A stretch of 64,000 bases of DNA from Ascidiella aspersa (taxonomy: Eukaryota), in the NCBI GenBank assembly GCA_963924565.1, contig OZ004608.1, positions 10,788,001 through 10,852,000 on the forward strand, given 5' to 3'. The notes beneath the pieces were generated by a model. The model was not told where the DNA came from and searched no databases. It saw nothing but the letters and a program-made list of their open reading frames with translations. Within the stretch, counting starts at the first letter, position 1; each line of letters starts with the position of its first letter. The position numbers were made by a program, and so were the translations under genes. This document shows positions 13,575 through 26,716 of the stretch, piece by piece.

Positions 13575-14336
13575 TTACGCCGCAATTTCTTCTACCTCTA
13601 CCGCACTTGATTTCGAACAGTGTAGTTGAGGCAAGGGAAATTCTTTCCACAAGGCGTAAAAGTACATGTCCGCTAATGTAACAAAGGTCTCCACGAAGGA
13701 AAGAAGAATCAGAATAATTTGACTTATAACAAGAAGTTCGTATATTCCGGAGATGCTGTCTGATCCGTTGTATTGGGGCAAAGCGTAAAGACCCGGCATT
13801 TGAATTGCCCATACGAACGTAGAAACGAACAGAATTGCAGTCATTGCGACGTTCATAAGGCACATTACAAGATAGGGCCAATCAAAGTGCTTTTGAAATC
13901 GCTGAACAATTTCGTAGCTTGCGAGGTCCACATTTGCGCTGGTTTTCTTATGTGCCAGGCCCAAAATGCCGAGAACAAGAAGGTACGATCCACTTGATAT
14001 GGCTTGACCGCTGTGTGTTTCGCACATACCAGTAAAAAAGTACCTACAACCATCCTGCATTTGGCCTCCAATCAACACCGTTATTAGTCCACACAGAAAG
14101 CACACCATACCCATGAGAATGTGGACGTTGACTGCGTAGTAATGCACATCTTCTACTGCAAGCTCTTCGGCTGGCTCTTCTAGTTCTTCATTAACTATGT
14201 GCAGTCTGTCTTCGACAACTGGAGTTGCTATTTGAGCAGGCTTACTGCTTTTTACTTTAGAGAACATCTTGACAGGCCAGTGCTGACGTTTTTTGTGCCA
14301 ACTTAACCAACTATGTTTTTGCCAGCTTAATCGCAT
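13575..14336 (-). CDS. Intronless four-transmembrane protein, MS4A/CD20-like family (253 aa)
   Basis: Four hydrophobic segments with MS4A-like patterns: VHILMGMVCFLCGLITVLI, GQAISSGSYLLVLGILGLA, YLVMCLMNVAMTAILFVSTFVWAI and LLVISQIILILLSFVETFVTL (Glu in TM4). Family assigned by pattern only. Confidence 0.65.
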   Translation of the reverse strand: MRLSWQKHSWLSWHKKRQHWPVKMFSKVKSSKPAQIATPVVEDRLHIVNEELEEPAEELAVEDVHYYAVNVHILMGMVCFLCGLITVLIGGQMQDGCRYFFTGMCETHSGQAISSGSYLLVLGILGLAHKKTSANVDLASYEIVQRFQKHFDWPYLVMCLMNVAMTAILFVSTFVWAIQMPGLYALPQYNGSDSISGIYELLVISQIILILLSFVETFVTLADMYFYALWKEFPLPQLHCSKSSAVEVEEIAA

Positions 14337-15251
14337 TGTGATGTCTCAATTGAAGTCATTACAAACAATTAAAACTGGCATAGTTCTTGGAAACTAATAT
14401 AAAGGTTACTGAGAGATTACCTTACGTGTCCTGCTATACAGCTTTTCTCTCTCGGTGCCTTAACTATGTGGCTGTATAGGTAAAAAAATCAACCTGTGGT
14501 ATGAGAAGACGACCATATATCAGCCAAAATCATGAATTTGCCTCCTTCAATGCTGAAGGAGCGCATAAGGTAAGTCAAGGTAAAGGCTAAATTTTATTGT
14601 CCTGTTAGCAACACTTTTGTGCAAAAAGGCTAATTTTATTCCCAGATATTGAATAAAATGTGTCACTTATAGAAGATAGTTTGAAATAGCCCAAACTATA
14701 TTCAATTTGTAAACGACTTTTTATAGGCTCATTAAACCAAGTCGACCACAGGCTCCAACAGAATACAACTTGCAGTACAAAAAGTGGCCAGTTAGACCTT
14801 TTACCTACGATACGTTTCGCGTTGTTGACACAAAAAAGAAAAAGAAGCTCTATGACACAATACAGATACCAAAAGTTTTAAGTACCACAACTAGTACTGG
14901 ATACCCAGCTTCTTCAGTTTCTACGGTAAGCTTTATTACATTACCTTATGAGTAGCGCTTTTGACAACAAAAATACAGGAAATTATTTGGGCCAAAAAAA
15001 AAATACAGGATATTTTTGACAACAAAATACAGGAAATAACTCTTTTTTTAGAAAGATCCCGGTTAAAAATTATTTTCTTCTATAGGCTACTGCGCAAAAT
15101 ATTGTTCGCTTGCAGCCCCTTAGCAGATACTTAATCAATATTTCCTTATTTCGAACTGATTACACCTACTTTCCAATGTTAAACAAATAGCCGGTAAATA
15201 CAGTGCAAACTTACGGACGACAATGGCTTGGGAAACGACTGCGATTCGACG

Positions 15252-18200
15252 ATGGTCCAGCCGCCGACCAACATCGACGTCCTCGAAGAAAACTACGACA
15301 TCGAATCGGTGCTGCAAACCAAAACCGCCAAGTTCCACCCGCGGCCTGCTCCTAAGCAAGGCTCACCAAAAAGCAAGAAACGCGGCGAATCAGCACCTAA
15401 AAATTCGCGGAAATCCCTGGTGAGTCAGGTCGCCAAGGCGCTTCACAAGACAGCCGCTGGTTCGAAGCCCAGCACCGGCAAAAACAAGCACGCCACACAG
15501 CTGAGAGCCGCGATCGATCAGTTTAATAAGAAGCGCATGAAGGAGGCCTGGGCTTGCTCGAACGAGGATTTGAGCGGTCAGCAGGAGCAGAAGTCGACTG
15601 TTCAGCAGGTAAGCCGCCAATCTCGCAATGACAGCGACCTGCTGCGAATCCGGGACCTTTATTGCGCCATCGAGAACGTTTCTCCCGACGAATGGAACCA
15701 GCGACGCTCGCAAAATGAGGACGAGAACTTGCTGAAGTCGCTGCCGTCGGAGGAAACACTGCAGAACGTTAGAAGGTTTGTGGCAAGGTTGCTCCTGGTC
15801 TTATACAACATTGTATGATAATGGTGCTTGTTTTCCTTAACTCCCCATTTTACTTTTTATTGTTATAATAAAAAAATATTTTAACCATACGGTCTATACT
15901 AAAAACCCCTTTGACGCCGATGGCCAATATTTGACACAATAGGTTTAGATCCAAGACACAATTAAACACGTATATAAACCTAGATTTTAATATAAAAATT
16001 CAACAATTCTAGGCATAATACCCTAAAACAGACCTGGGTAAACTATGACCCGCAGCAACTGTTTTTCGACCCACAATTTATTTCCTATAAAACTTTTTGA
16101 GAAAAATTCAGCCTTTTGCGTGTTTTCTAAGACATCCTCTTCCTATACTCTTAACAGCTTCTCAAAACAATTATTTACAGCTATATTTGAAAATAAATCA
16201 CAATTTCTGATATTTCATGTATTTTAGACAACCTTTTCGACTCGACAAATAAATGCCCCCTCATTGTTAAAAGATTCAAGGCTGAAAATATTTTGTTAAA
16301 TAGAGTTAAGCATTAACGAAGTGTATATCTATTTGGTCTACCCTAATAAATGTGATGTCTGGAGCGTTTATCGACGCTCCAAAAAACCAACGTCGAATAT
16401 CAGCTTTAAAAATAACCACCAGATCCGCCTAAAAGGTTTCTGAAGCAATACAAAACCGGTTACCAGGGGCGTATTTCATCTTGCGAACCAAAAGACAACA
16501 ACCCCGTTTTTTCGCAGTGAATCCGTAATCCAAATGAAGCTATTCGACAACTCACCGCCCGGCACGCCGGTCATACAGACGCCGCGACAAAACGGCAGAA
16601 AGCAGGGCAGGTGGTCGACGGGCGAGTGTAAGCGAAGCAGGCCTTTCTCGGTGGACGGCGTGGACGGGGCAAGTTTGCGAAAGCTCTACGCCAACCTCTC
16701 GCCAAAGGACCTCAGGAAATTACAGGACACCTATAGGGGACTGATAGGTGAGGTTTGTCGCATAACGAAGTGTGCTGGCACCCTGCTATTTTTGCTGGTT
16801 GTTTTGTGCTGTTTATTGCTTACCGGCGAATTTGACTGAAGCGGATAAATTATTTTGTGACAAAAAGATAACTTACAAGCCATTTAAGCCGGCGTTTCTC
16901 AATATTTTTCAGGCGACACCAACTTTAAGTCCCAAACGCTAATTATTTTCACCTAAATAGGCTACACAATGAACAACACACAAATAAGACACTAGCATAT
17001 ACAAGTTAAAATTTAAGTGATATGTGGCATAGCTTCGTATTGCTCCCGCCATTTTTTGTCAGAGAAATCTTGTTCAGAACCTTAATAAAGCAATCAATAT
17101 GATTTGCTTCGGGGGTGACCCAACTAAATCAATGGCGACTCAAAATTTTCGCGACGCATAAGTTGAGAAACACTGATCAAATCAATAAGTTTTTGTGTGA
17201 CGTTACACGCGGAAAACAATTTACAACAGATTATTACAACACATAGAATTAAAACTTTCTCTTTTTTAAACCATTTACCTAACGATTTCTTCTGTTAACT
17301 GATTTAGGCTTAGGCTCGGACAAAGTTCGGCGGGACGGCAAATCTGAGTTAACAGAGGAAGACATCAATGCACTTCGACAAACCGCCATCCGGTTCGATA
17401 CTTTAAAATTATTATCTGATTAGAAGTGTTATCTAAATACCCCCCAGATAAATAGTCAGTATAACGAAATTCGGTTTAATTTTTTTCCTTTTTACGTTGA
17501 TTTTATTTAATAATTTTACAAAAGGTTACTTTCCAATTCTTTTTTTTCCCTGGTGCAGCTAAGTTAAAAATATGGTTAAAAAGTTAAGTTTACAATATTG
17601 CTAAAGACTGCAGACTAAAAATAAAGCTATTCAAGTTCTCTTTTGCCTTATAGTTTCTCGTCCCTGATACAATAGCGCCAAATTTGTCCAAATTTAGTAC
17701 GGCGTCTTCGCCTTTACGAGTCCGCACCACGAAAGAATGGGACACCAGCTACAAGTCCGACTTTCGGAACTGGCACGCCGCCCAGCACAAGGAAGTGGAC
17801 TCACTCGACGAAAAGCAACACGCAACAGCAAACACCAGCACAGAAGGTATACGCTGTTCATAAAACGATGGGCTTAAGACTGTTTATAAAAACAGATATA
17901 AAAGATGAAATCATTTCCTAAAATTTTATAGAAATATTTAATTCGCCTTATAATTAGGCATCTTCAGTTTCCTTATTCGAATGAATTCACTTTAATTGTC
18001 TGCGGGAGATTCCTTGCTTCATGAAGCGCTTTAGCTGTTCATGAAACCGCTTATAAAGTGAGTTGTGCCATGCGCGATTTACGTAAACTCCCATTCTGAC
18101 TAACGGCACAATGCTGGTCGTGATGCAATAGAACACAAAAGTAGGAGGATGTTCGACGAAACTATATCAACCTGTTGCAATCTCATTGTTATAGTCTTTA

Positions 18201-21173
18201 TAGCAATAAGGTTTTCACTTAAAGTCCTTAAAAGTTTATCAATTGAGGTAAACCTTCCTAAAAGTTCCTTTTGTAAAACTTAACGCCCTCGTTATGCGAT
18301 TAACCCCTTGCCGAACGTTACCGTAATATTATATTATCAAAGTACCTAAAATAGTTTTTATCTATAACTTTTTGTGCAATAAAACCCTTTTCCGATTGTA
18401 TATGCTGATTTAAAGTGTTTCAAAACTCCCCCAAAAAATAACAAAAGGATATATCATCTGCGCAACTATAGAATGCTACAATGTTCGACGTAATTTACTT
18501 GCCATCGCTTTAATAGCAAAGTTGTTTTTATAGTTTCTTGATTTTTGCCAAAGCCCCACATTCCGAATAAAGCCCATCACATACCGAAAGCGCAACTCTT
18601 TTCTGTTTGAAGCAGCTGTTGCTTCAAGTGAAGAGAATACAGACGAAACCACCGAAGACGAAAACGAGGAGGACCAAGTCGAACTGATAATCGAAAGAAG
18701 GGCTGCCGAAATTGCCGAGAGGGAAAGGCACGTTTTACAAATCTCGAATGTGAACTTTTTGTTTGGACTGTTTTTTTTTGTTTTTTTTTATTAGCACGTT
18801 TCGCAAAATACTTTTCAGATGACTGTTTTTTATATCTATTTGGTCGTCCTGCTGACCTTATCGCCTAAGATGTTTTTGGTCGGGCTTGGGGTATTTTTTG
18901 GAATGTCTCTATATATTTTGAAATCAGTTAATAAATGACCCATTCTCAAATGAAAATGCTTTGCGCTTTTGCGGTAATATAGGCAGTTTTGTCCATATTG
19001 CAAACTGGCTAGGAAAAACAATTGCCGATTCTCCAAAAACCCGTCTGCAATTGTGTAAAAAGTTAAGCGGTATTTTCAAATCGCCATTACTTTATAAATG
19101 CCTCTTGCCAAGGACCTAAACCATTCGGAACCCTAATACCAGTCGCTGCTGTCGTCAAACACCCTCAAAACTTTAACCTCCGCCACTTTACACAGGACGA
19201 TCGACGAGGCAGCAAAGATAGAGGAAGCCGAGTACCTGGACCTGTTCAATCGGGACGGTAAGCATCGTTTGCAAGACCAGACCTCGGCCAGCGCGTTCAA
19301 GGCGTGGCCGCCCAGAAAACCCGAGATACCGATCTGGGCCAACAAGACCGTCGTTTCTCTGGGAAGGTAAGTTGTGGTACTTCGAGGGCAGTTACCTAAT
19401 ATATTTTTTTTTCCAATAAAAACAACACATGAGAATATATAGGGGTATCAATGTGTTCTCTAAAGGAATGCGAGCAAAAAAACACATTAACATTTAAATT
19501 CATCGGAATAAGGCCTCAATTCATAGCAATAGCCCAAAATCCGGAGCCAAAACAGCGGCGCCCTTTCGGCGCCGGTCAAATTAGAGCTTACAAACTTCGA
19601 CACCTGAACGGCCAATGCCAGGCCGATGACCCCGATCGTCCCATAACATCTACCTACAGCAATAGGCGTTATTTTGGCCATTTAAGCCTTATTCCGATGA
19701 ATTTAGGGCATATTCCGAAAGATTTAGGTATTTTTCAGACGATTAAGTTCTTATTCTGTTATTGATATTACTGCGTATTTGGCATTATTATGTTGTTGGT
19801 CTTAATACTATGGTTTTATAGACATTTCTGCTATAGTTATTGTTTTTTTTTAGTTTTTATTGTGTGTTCCCATTTATGTATATATATATATAGAAGTTTG
19901 CATTGCTTTTAAGTTAAAAAATTTGGGTTTTGAATTCAACCTTAAAGCATTTCCTTTTTGCGTTTAAATTGTATAAATTTTTTGCTTATTTGATCATATT
20001 AAAGCCGTCATTCGGTATCCGATAGAATCGACGTATTAGCAGTATCGGTATATATTGAAATAAATACGCAGTATCGCACATTCCTGCTTCAAATGGTTAA
20101 ATACTTAGAATTCACTGATTTTTTTTAACAGCACTAGTAAAATTTAATTTTGGCCGGTAAAAGCGGTGCGAATCAACCAGTGCGAACTGACAATACGGTA
20201 CTTAATATACTTAGCAACCACTGGAATCTGCCATTGAACAAAAACGACTGTTGGGAGCTCTCAGATTGCAGAGAAGATGAGAAGCTGGAAGACAAATCGC
20301 ACAAGTGTCCGCCGTACAAACAAAGAGTATGCGGTCCAGAAGAAGGTGATTAGAGACCCAGTTCAGATTCTTCGTATTTTGCGTGATTTAACAAACATAT
20401 AAAGAAAGCGTAGGCAGGATAAAAACAGATAGCGCTTGGAAACCGAAACACGATTTTATTCATCCAGTCGACCTGCCCTTGAGTTGAGTGATTTTGTGGC
20501 AAATTTAAAGTTATGGCAGATAGAAAAGGTAATAATGAATTTGAAAGTAGCTTAAGTTAAATCAGTAGATATAGCTCGAAGCAGTTTCAAATTCGGCGAA
20601 ATTAAGGCAAATGAGCTGAACCAACAATTTTATTTACACAATTTCTAAAGCTAAATTAAAGAAACCCATTTAAACAATTACTTGTTCGCTTGTATTTTAG
20701 CTGTGCCGATTAACTTACAAAAACTTTTAGACGGAAACCTACTTTTCAACCGCGAAATTAAAGTTGTTACGTATTTGCCTATTCTGACGTTTAAGGAGAA
20801 CTTATCCACCGTAAATTGCTAATAATGCAAATTATTGACAGTAATGTTTCTTTTTCAAAAACAATTGTGCCCCCTAATGTTTCACTGATAATGTTTGCAA
20901 GGCAAAATACATCTTTGTTTAATCAAGCGTCTCGGGTGAAAGCCTATTTTACCTGGTTTAAAAAGTAACGCCACCTTTTTTCGCGACGGCACAGAAACGT
21001 CAGCGCAGGACTCGGCAACGAAAAAAGAGATTCCGGCAGGTGGCGACGCCGAGCAGACCGACCGGTTCCTCGCGATGTACTACCCCGACCGCCGCACCAA
21101 CTCCACTTTCTTGACCGAATACATGCGCAAGTTTTACCGCTTGCCCGTGCCGCCGCGCCGCAAATTCCTGTAA
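15252..21173 (+). CDS. Uncharacterised ~552-aa protein with TxYxxxF-type short motifs
   Basis: Eight GC-rich exons whose phases all close: 15252-15775, 16518-16747, 17308-17392, 17698-17846, 18613-18749, 19143-19366, 20215-20345, 20995-21173. The stop TAA overlaps AATAAA (21172-21177). Start codon uncertain. Confidence 0.7.
16890..17175. mobile_element. Aged hAT-type MITE
   Basis: Imperfect TIRs CGGCGTTTCTCAA / TTGAGAAACACTG; TSD degraded. Confidence 0.55.
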
Positions 21174-22413
21174 TAAACGCAATCTACCATTCCGCCTTGC
21201 TCGCTGATTTTCTCTTGCATTGATAAGGGCCGCGTGTCAGTCGCGTAATTGCCTTGCAATAGTGGAAGCCGATGCTGTGTGATTTTGCATACATTCTTCA
21301 ATCGATGTTCACTGAATATGTGATGTTGGAAATCACTTTGACCCTTGCGGGATAAATGTCGACCTTTATTCCTAATCAGTAACCGCAGAATATAGCAAAG
21401 CTAGCAATTTAGGTCAGACACTTTTAAAAGATCCTAAAAGATTCTGCTGTCATTCGTTAATCGCAATGATGATAGACTCTGATTGGGGTACATAATGACG
21501 AACGGTATAACAGTTGATCTATAGCTTTAAAACCTCGCCAAAGTTGTAAAAAACACTAATTGGGTAAATATCATTAAGATATAGGCCTGCTGATGTTTCG
21601 CTCCTGACGGGCAGCCATAGGTTATCTTGTTTGAAGTTTACTATAAAGCGCAATAATTGCTCACGCGCAAGTTTAGTTGTTTGAAATTGAACTCAGTCTT
21701 TTTTTTTGCAGTGCTTGGGGTTTTGTGTTTCATTGCAATTGACTGGGGAGGATCAACATGGGGGTGAGATTCATTGAAAAAACTGCGTTTTCGACTATTT
21801 AAGCTACATAAAGGCATTTTTTTTCGAAATTATGTTTTTTGTATGTCTTAAACCGTTTTGTTTGAAGTGGTTCAGTCGAAAGGTGCCGTGCGTCTCATTT
21901 CAGCTTCTAAAATTGAAGTTTGGGCAACTTTTACATGGTTTAACGTTACGATTTGAACTTTATGACGTTATAGGCTTACCTGTATAACCTACATTTTTTC
22001 ATGCCCCTAACAAACAAAGTTCCTGGATTAATTGGATAACAAGTCGTATTTTTTTAAACGAAAAACTATATCCATTTCATGCTTCGCCTTACGCTACCAA
22101 TAGTTTTAAAAAAGTTATTGCACGTACGTAACAAAATTAAAGATATTGTACGGCTTCTATACGCCTTGGGACAATCCAAAAATAGTATGCGTTTGAATCA
22201 CACAACACGAGCTTTAAAACGGTCGGTTACCTGTTCAAACAAGACCTAATTGTTTTGCTAACAACTTTATTCCGCAAAGCCTTCATATACTCGGACAAGT
22301 GCGGCAACTGCAACATAACTCCCCTGGCAATAGTTTGCACTGGATATGTTGACTGGCCTGTACAAGGTATCTGTGCATCTGACCCGTAAATTGCTTTAAA
22401 CAAAAGTTACAAA

Positions 22414-25400
22414 ATGGCATTAATTCGGAACGTGCTCTTGAATACAGGCAGCAAGATGCCGTTACTGGGATTTGGCACTTGGCTGGTAAGACTGAGATTT
22501 TGCACATTTAAATAAATATATCGATTAACCGGAAGTAAAAAGATACTAGCAACTTACCTGTTATTGTATTTAAGAGCATATCAGCTCCTGCACTTGTTGT
22601 AAAGCAATCAGAGTGGTTCCCAAACTTCATAATTGGCAAGAATCTAATTTAGCTGGTCTTAGATCGCATAATAGGTACTTTGAAATATGTTCAAGTTAAA
22701 CGCTCTGTCGTAAATGCTGTATGAGGGGACAATCGTGCGTGGACGACAGCCAAAAAAGGTTCCTGTCATAAATCCTTTTTCTAGCTTTGTCAGCAAAACT
22801 TTCAGAAAGTGGAAACAAAAAATCTTGTTCAGGCGCCCGAAAGCAAAATCCAAGCATGCGTTGAAACGGCGATAGATGTGGGCTACAGGCATATTGATGG
22901 TGCTTGGGCTTATCAGAACGAAAAGGGAACTGGCCTGGCACTAAAAAAGAAAATTAAAGAGGGTACAATCGAGCGAGAAGACGTGTTTATAACCAGCAAG
23001 GTTAGAAAAGAACTTATCTGATATCGGTTTATTTTACCATTTTGCCCCTTCTAAGTTACACAGACAACGTTGTCAACTAACAAGTAGCTGAATATGCTGA
23101 TTTTGCCTGGCATTGTTTCAATTGTAAAGTTGCTCTCCCGGCTTTTCATTTATTAAAGTGCCAACGTTTCGATTACCTTTTTGGGCAATCTTGTTCAGGG
23201 CAATATTTGTCGTCTACTCTATAGGGACAATTATATTGCCCTGAAGAAGATTGCCCGAATAGGTAATCGAAACGTTAACACTTTAATGAAAAAATAAAAA
23301 AATAAATGTGTGAATTTAGCTCTACTGCACGTTTTTCAAGCCTTCGCAAGTGCGAATTTGCATAGAAGAAACTCTTGGCAACCTGCAGACCAACTACATC
23401 AACTTGTATCTAATGCACTGGCCTTTTGCTATGCCGGTAAGACCGACGCTCTTTATTTCTTGAAGAACTGTATGTTTGTTTGGGTGTTATTTGTAATTGC
23501 ATTATTTACAATAAGAAAAGTATTCCAATGTAAACATTGAATATGTTTATAATGATATATGGTGTGATCGAATACATCTACATATCATACTGATGGCATA
23601 AAGTCTTGTGACTATTTCAATAAAGTCTTGCTTTCTAATTTTTAAAACTTCCAATCGGGCATTGAGTTTTTGTTTTGCATTTATGTTTGGTTTTAGAACA
23701 TAAACAAGCAAATTCTCCCACTTGATGAAAATGGAAAAATATTGTCAGATGATACAGATTACGTTAGTACATGGAAGGTTGGTAGAACTTTTTAGGTTTA
23801 GGCTTAAATTTTTTTTAGGTTTAGGCTTATGTTATTTTTGCGCATATTTTTGTTAATCGAACGAGTCACCGATGTTGCTTGTCAATTTGCAGGTAATGGA
23901 GGAATTGCACAAAGAGGGCCTGGCTAAAAATATAGGGGTGTCAAATTTCAACACCTGCCAGTTGAACAGAGTTTTAAATGAAGGCACCATTGTGCCAACA
24001 ATCAACCAGATCGAATCTCATCCTTACCTACAAGAGAATACGTTAATCGCTTTCTGCAAGTCTAGGGATATTCAAGTTACTGCCTATAGCCCTCTTGGAT
24101 CTCCGGGCAGACCATGGTTAGTACTGGAATAAGTCAGTTTTTTTTCTGATTTGTAAGCAATGGTAAGTGTGGTAATGACTCAAATTATTGACCTGACCTA
24201 AGTGCATTTAAGTCACTGGTTTTAAATGACCGGACAATTACTATTTTGGACTTAACTAGGAATCAGGCCATATATGACTTGACTTGAACTCAGATATTTA
24301 TCAATAAGTAGAAATTGTTCTTCTGGTGTAAACGAAGTTATAAACCGACGTTTCGGCAGCATATGAAGCTGATCTCGTCAGGGTGATTAATTTATTAGAG
24401 AATAGGTTAGCCTACTTATATACTGTAAAAAGTATAAAATACAAGTGAAAATACTATAGATCAGTGATTCTCAACCGCGGCTCTCAACTGAACATTTTGC
24501 GGCTCTCTAACCGAGTGAAAAATTAGTTAGAAGTAGCAGAATTGCAACAAAGTAAGTAAGAGAAATCAAGAATTAATGAATTGTATCAGCAAGGATCCCG
24601 AGTGCGAAGTACTAATGTTACCGGGTACTTCCATCCGGCTCTTTAAAATAATTTTGTGGTTTGTTACGTCACAATATATTTAGTCCTGATCGACAAGCTA
24701 AGGCAAACACTGTTAATTAGTTAGCCTAGGCTAGCGTAATGTATATTTGTTGTTTTCTAGTTGCTTTCTTAATGTTTTTTAATTATATGCCTACTGTTGT
24801 TTTTTTTATGCGGCTCCTTGCAAACCTTAGGTTTGAAATGCGGCTCTTGCTCTAAAAAAGGTTGAGAATCACTGCTATAGATTAACAACAAATCAAGACC
24901 TTCCTGAACTATACGATAAGCTGTGACGCGACGAGGTCATCCGTTGCAAAACGACACTGTCGAACAATGCGGCGTTATCAGCCATGGCATTAGCTGCAGT
25001 GACTATAGTAGGCTTAAACCACAAACCCTTTTTTGTTCACAGCTTTTTGACATTGGTTAATCCAGATGATTCAATGATTTTTAATTATTTGTGATAGTGC
25101 TGTTACCAGTTTAGAATTTTGCAATTACACCAATCAATTTCATCAAAAACATTTATTTTTGATGAAATTAGGAATTAGGGTATAGTTATAGTTACTTTAG
25201 TTTTACGCGCAAATTATGTTGCTTGCTGTTTGTTTTATTTTTGGTCTTTGCAAGTTTTACTAGATTGATGTCAATCTTAAAAATAGGAGTTTTTGTTTAA
25301 AATATTTGCTAAACTGCCTAATATCTCTAAACTATTATACTGTAAAGGTTTTGTGTCAGGCACCATTATGAATAAAATATTGTTGTATGGAAACCTAAGG

Positions 25401-26637
25401 TTTTTTAGCCTGACCTGAACCTAATTTCACTTTTTGTGTCGTTGTAGGGCTACTGTTAATGATCCCATTGTCATGGAGGACCCGACCTTGGTGAAGATAG
25501 CTGGTAAATATAGCAAGACAGTCGCGCAAGTCATGATCCGTTTTCAGATTCAGCGAGGAATAACTGTAATACCTAAAAGTTCCGATGTGGCAAGAATAAA
25601 GGAAAATGCACAGGTTTAATTCCGTCACTTCTGTCATATGATTTTTGCCCTCTAATGGTGTATTACTGTGTTAATGGTTTTCGTGACCCTACAGCAGTGA
25701 CTTTTAACCAGGTTCCACGGCACTCTGTCCACTCATAAGATACCAATAGATATTTTAGATTCTTCAAGATCTAAGTTTTGCTGTACTGATAAGCGCCAAG
25801 AGGCAAATGGCAGAAGTTCAAAAATGCGTTGAATGTCTTCTGCGATTTTTGGGCAAGGTTTCTCAAGTTTAAACATTATAAGCCTGTGCGTACTTTTAAC
25901 ACATTTCCCAAAATTCATTAATTTTTAGAGCAAGGCCAACCTTATCCACAACATTAAATATAATAACAAATAATAATAACAGTATAAATATAATTTTGGT
26001 TAGTTTATATTCAATCGCGTTCAGTTTGTCTTAAAATATTTTAAGGGGTTACCTCGCACATATAGCCTATGAATTCATTAAAAACTAAGTAAAGTAAATA
26101 CAACTCTTTTTAAATTTGACTTAACTTATTATGATTGGTGTTTGAGTATTATGCCTGGTTATCCTGGTGGATGCTTGACATCCTTGTTTATATGTTTTAA
26201 CTATTAACTTTAAATCTAGGTATTCGACTTTGCCCTCACAGATGACGAGATGGAAGCAATCGCTGAAATTAACAAAGATTTAAGATTGGTTCCGATGGAA
26301 AAGTAAGCAGCCGCCGAAAATCTTGGCAAAAGTGTCTTTTGTCGTTTTTTAAATCGTTGTTAGTCATGAGTGTTTAACTTTCAAATCATTGTTAGTCACA
26401 ATATGGTCACCATACCCTGATACTAATTTGTGTATGCATATACGTTGATACTAATTTGTATTTTTAGCTCTAGGCCACAGCTTATCAATTCCTTATTAAC
26501 TTTTGTAACACAATTTTCTCCAATTAATTTAGCATTAGGATTTATTTAGTGGCGTTATTTTCACAGAATGCTTTTATATTTTTTGCAGCGCTAGCCATTT
26601 GAAGTACTGGCCGTTTCGTCCCAACTACAGTGAATAG
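22414..26637 (+). CDS. Aldo-keto reductase family 1 (aldose/aldehyde reductase-like), copy A, ~319 aa
   Basis: Exons 22414-22485, 22833-23000, 23320-23436, 23697-23777, 23893-24116, 25448-25613, 26220-26302, 26589-26637. Motifs [50 protein letters not shown] and IPKS. Catalytic tetrad D-Y-K-H intact. Confidence 0.93.
23145..23290. mobile_element. Inverted pair of Penelope-type terminal fragments, each with a minimal hammerhead motif
   Basis: ~145-bp imperfect palindrome. Plus arm: CTGAAGA-A-GATTGCC-loop-GGTAATC-GAAA-CGTT (23241-23276). Minus arm: CTGAACA...GAAACGTTGGCA followed by AATAAA. Confidence 0.7.
24344..24384 (-). ncRNA. Minimal type I hammerhead ribozyme motif
   Basis: Minus strand: ACC CUGACGA G-AU-CAGC(UUCAUAU)GCUG-C-C GAAA CGUC GGU. 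Core intact, palindromic ACGU in place of stem III, GUC cleavage triplet, 3-bp stem I. Confidence 0.7.
24462..24874. mobile_element. hAT-type (Charlie-like) MITE inserted into the Penelope fragment
   Basis: Perfect TIRs CAGTGATTCTCAACC / GGTTGAGAATCACTG, perfect 8-bp TSD CTATAGAT. Confidence 0.93.
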
Positions 26638-26716
26638 AAGGCGCTTAATTCATCGTTATAGATCCTGATTCCATTTGTCTGCGGATAACGGTGCAATTTA
26701 TCGCTACGGTCTAAAC

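Larger units (their letters stand above)
24300..25146 (-). mobile_element. Decayed Penelope-like element 3' portion (endonuclease C-terminus plus hammerhead), interrupted by a MITE
   Basis: Minus strand 25144-25020 reads [24 protein letters not shown]/(frameshift)[13 protein letters not shown], resembling the C-terminal half of PLE GIY-YIG endonucleases. A hammerhead motif lies downstream on the same strand. Boundaries approximate. Confidence 0.7.

Noticed and set aside
14597-14612. X-box (RFX)-like GTCCTGTTAGCAAC upstream of the 15252 gene
   Set aside because: Only a half-site matches well, so it could be chance.
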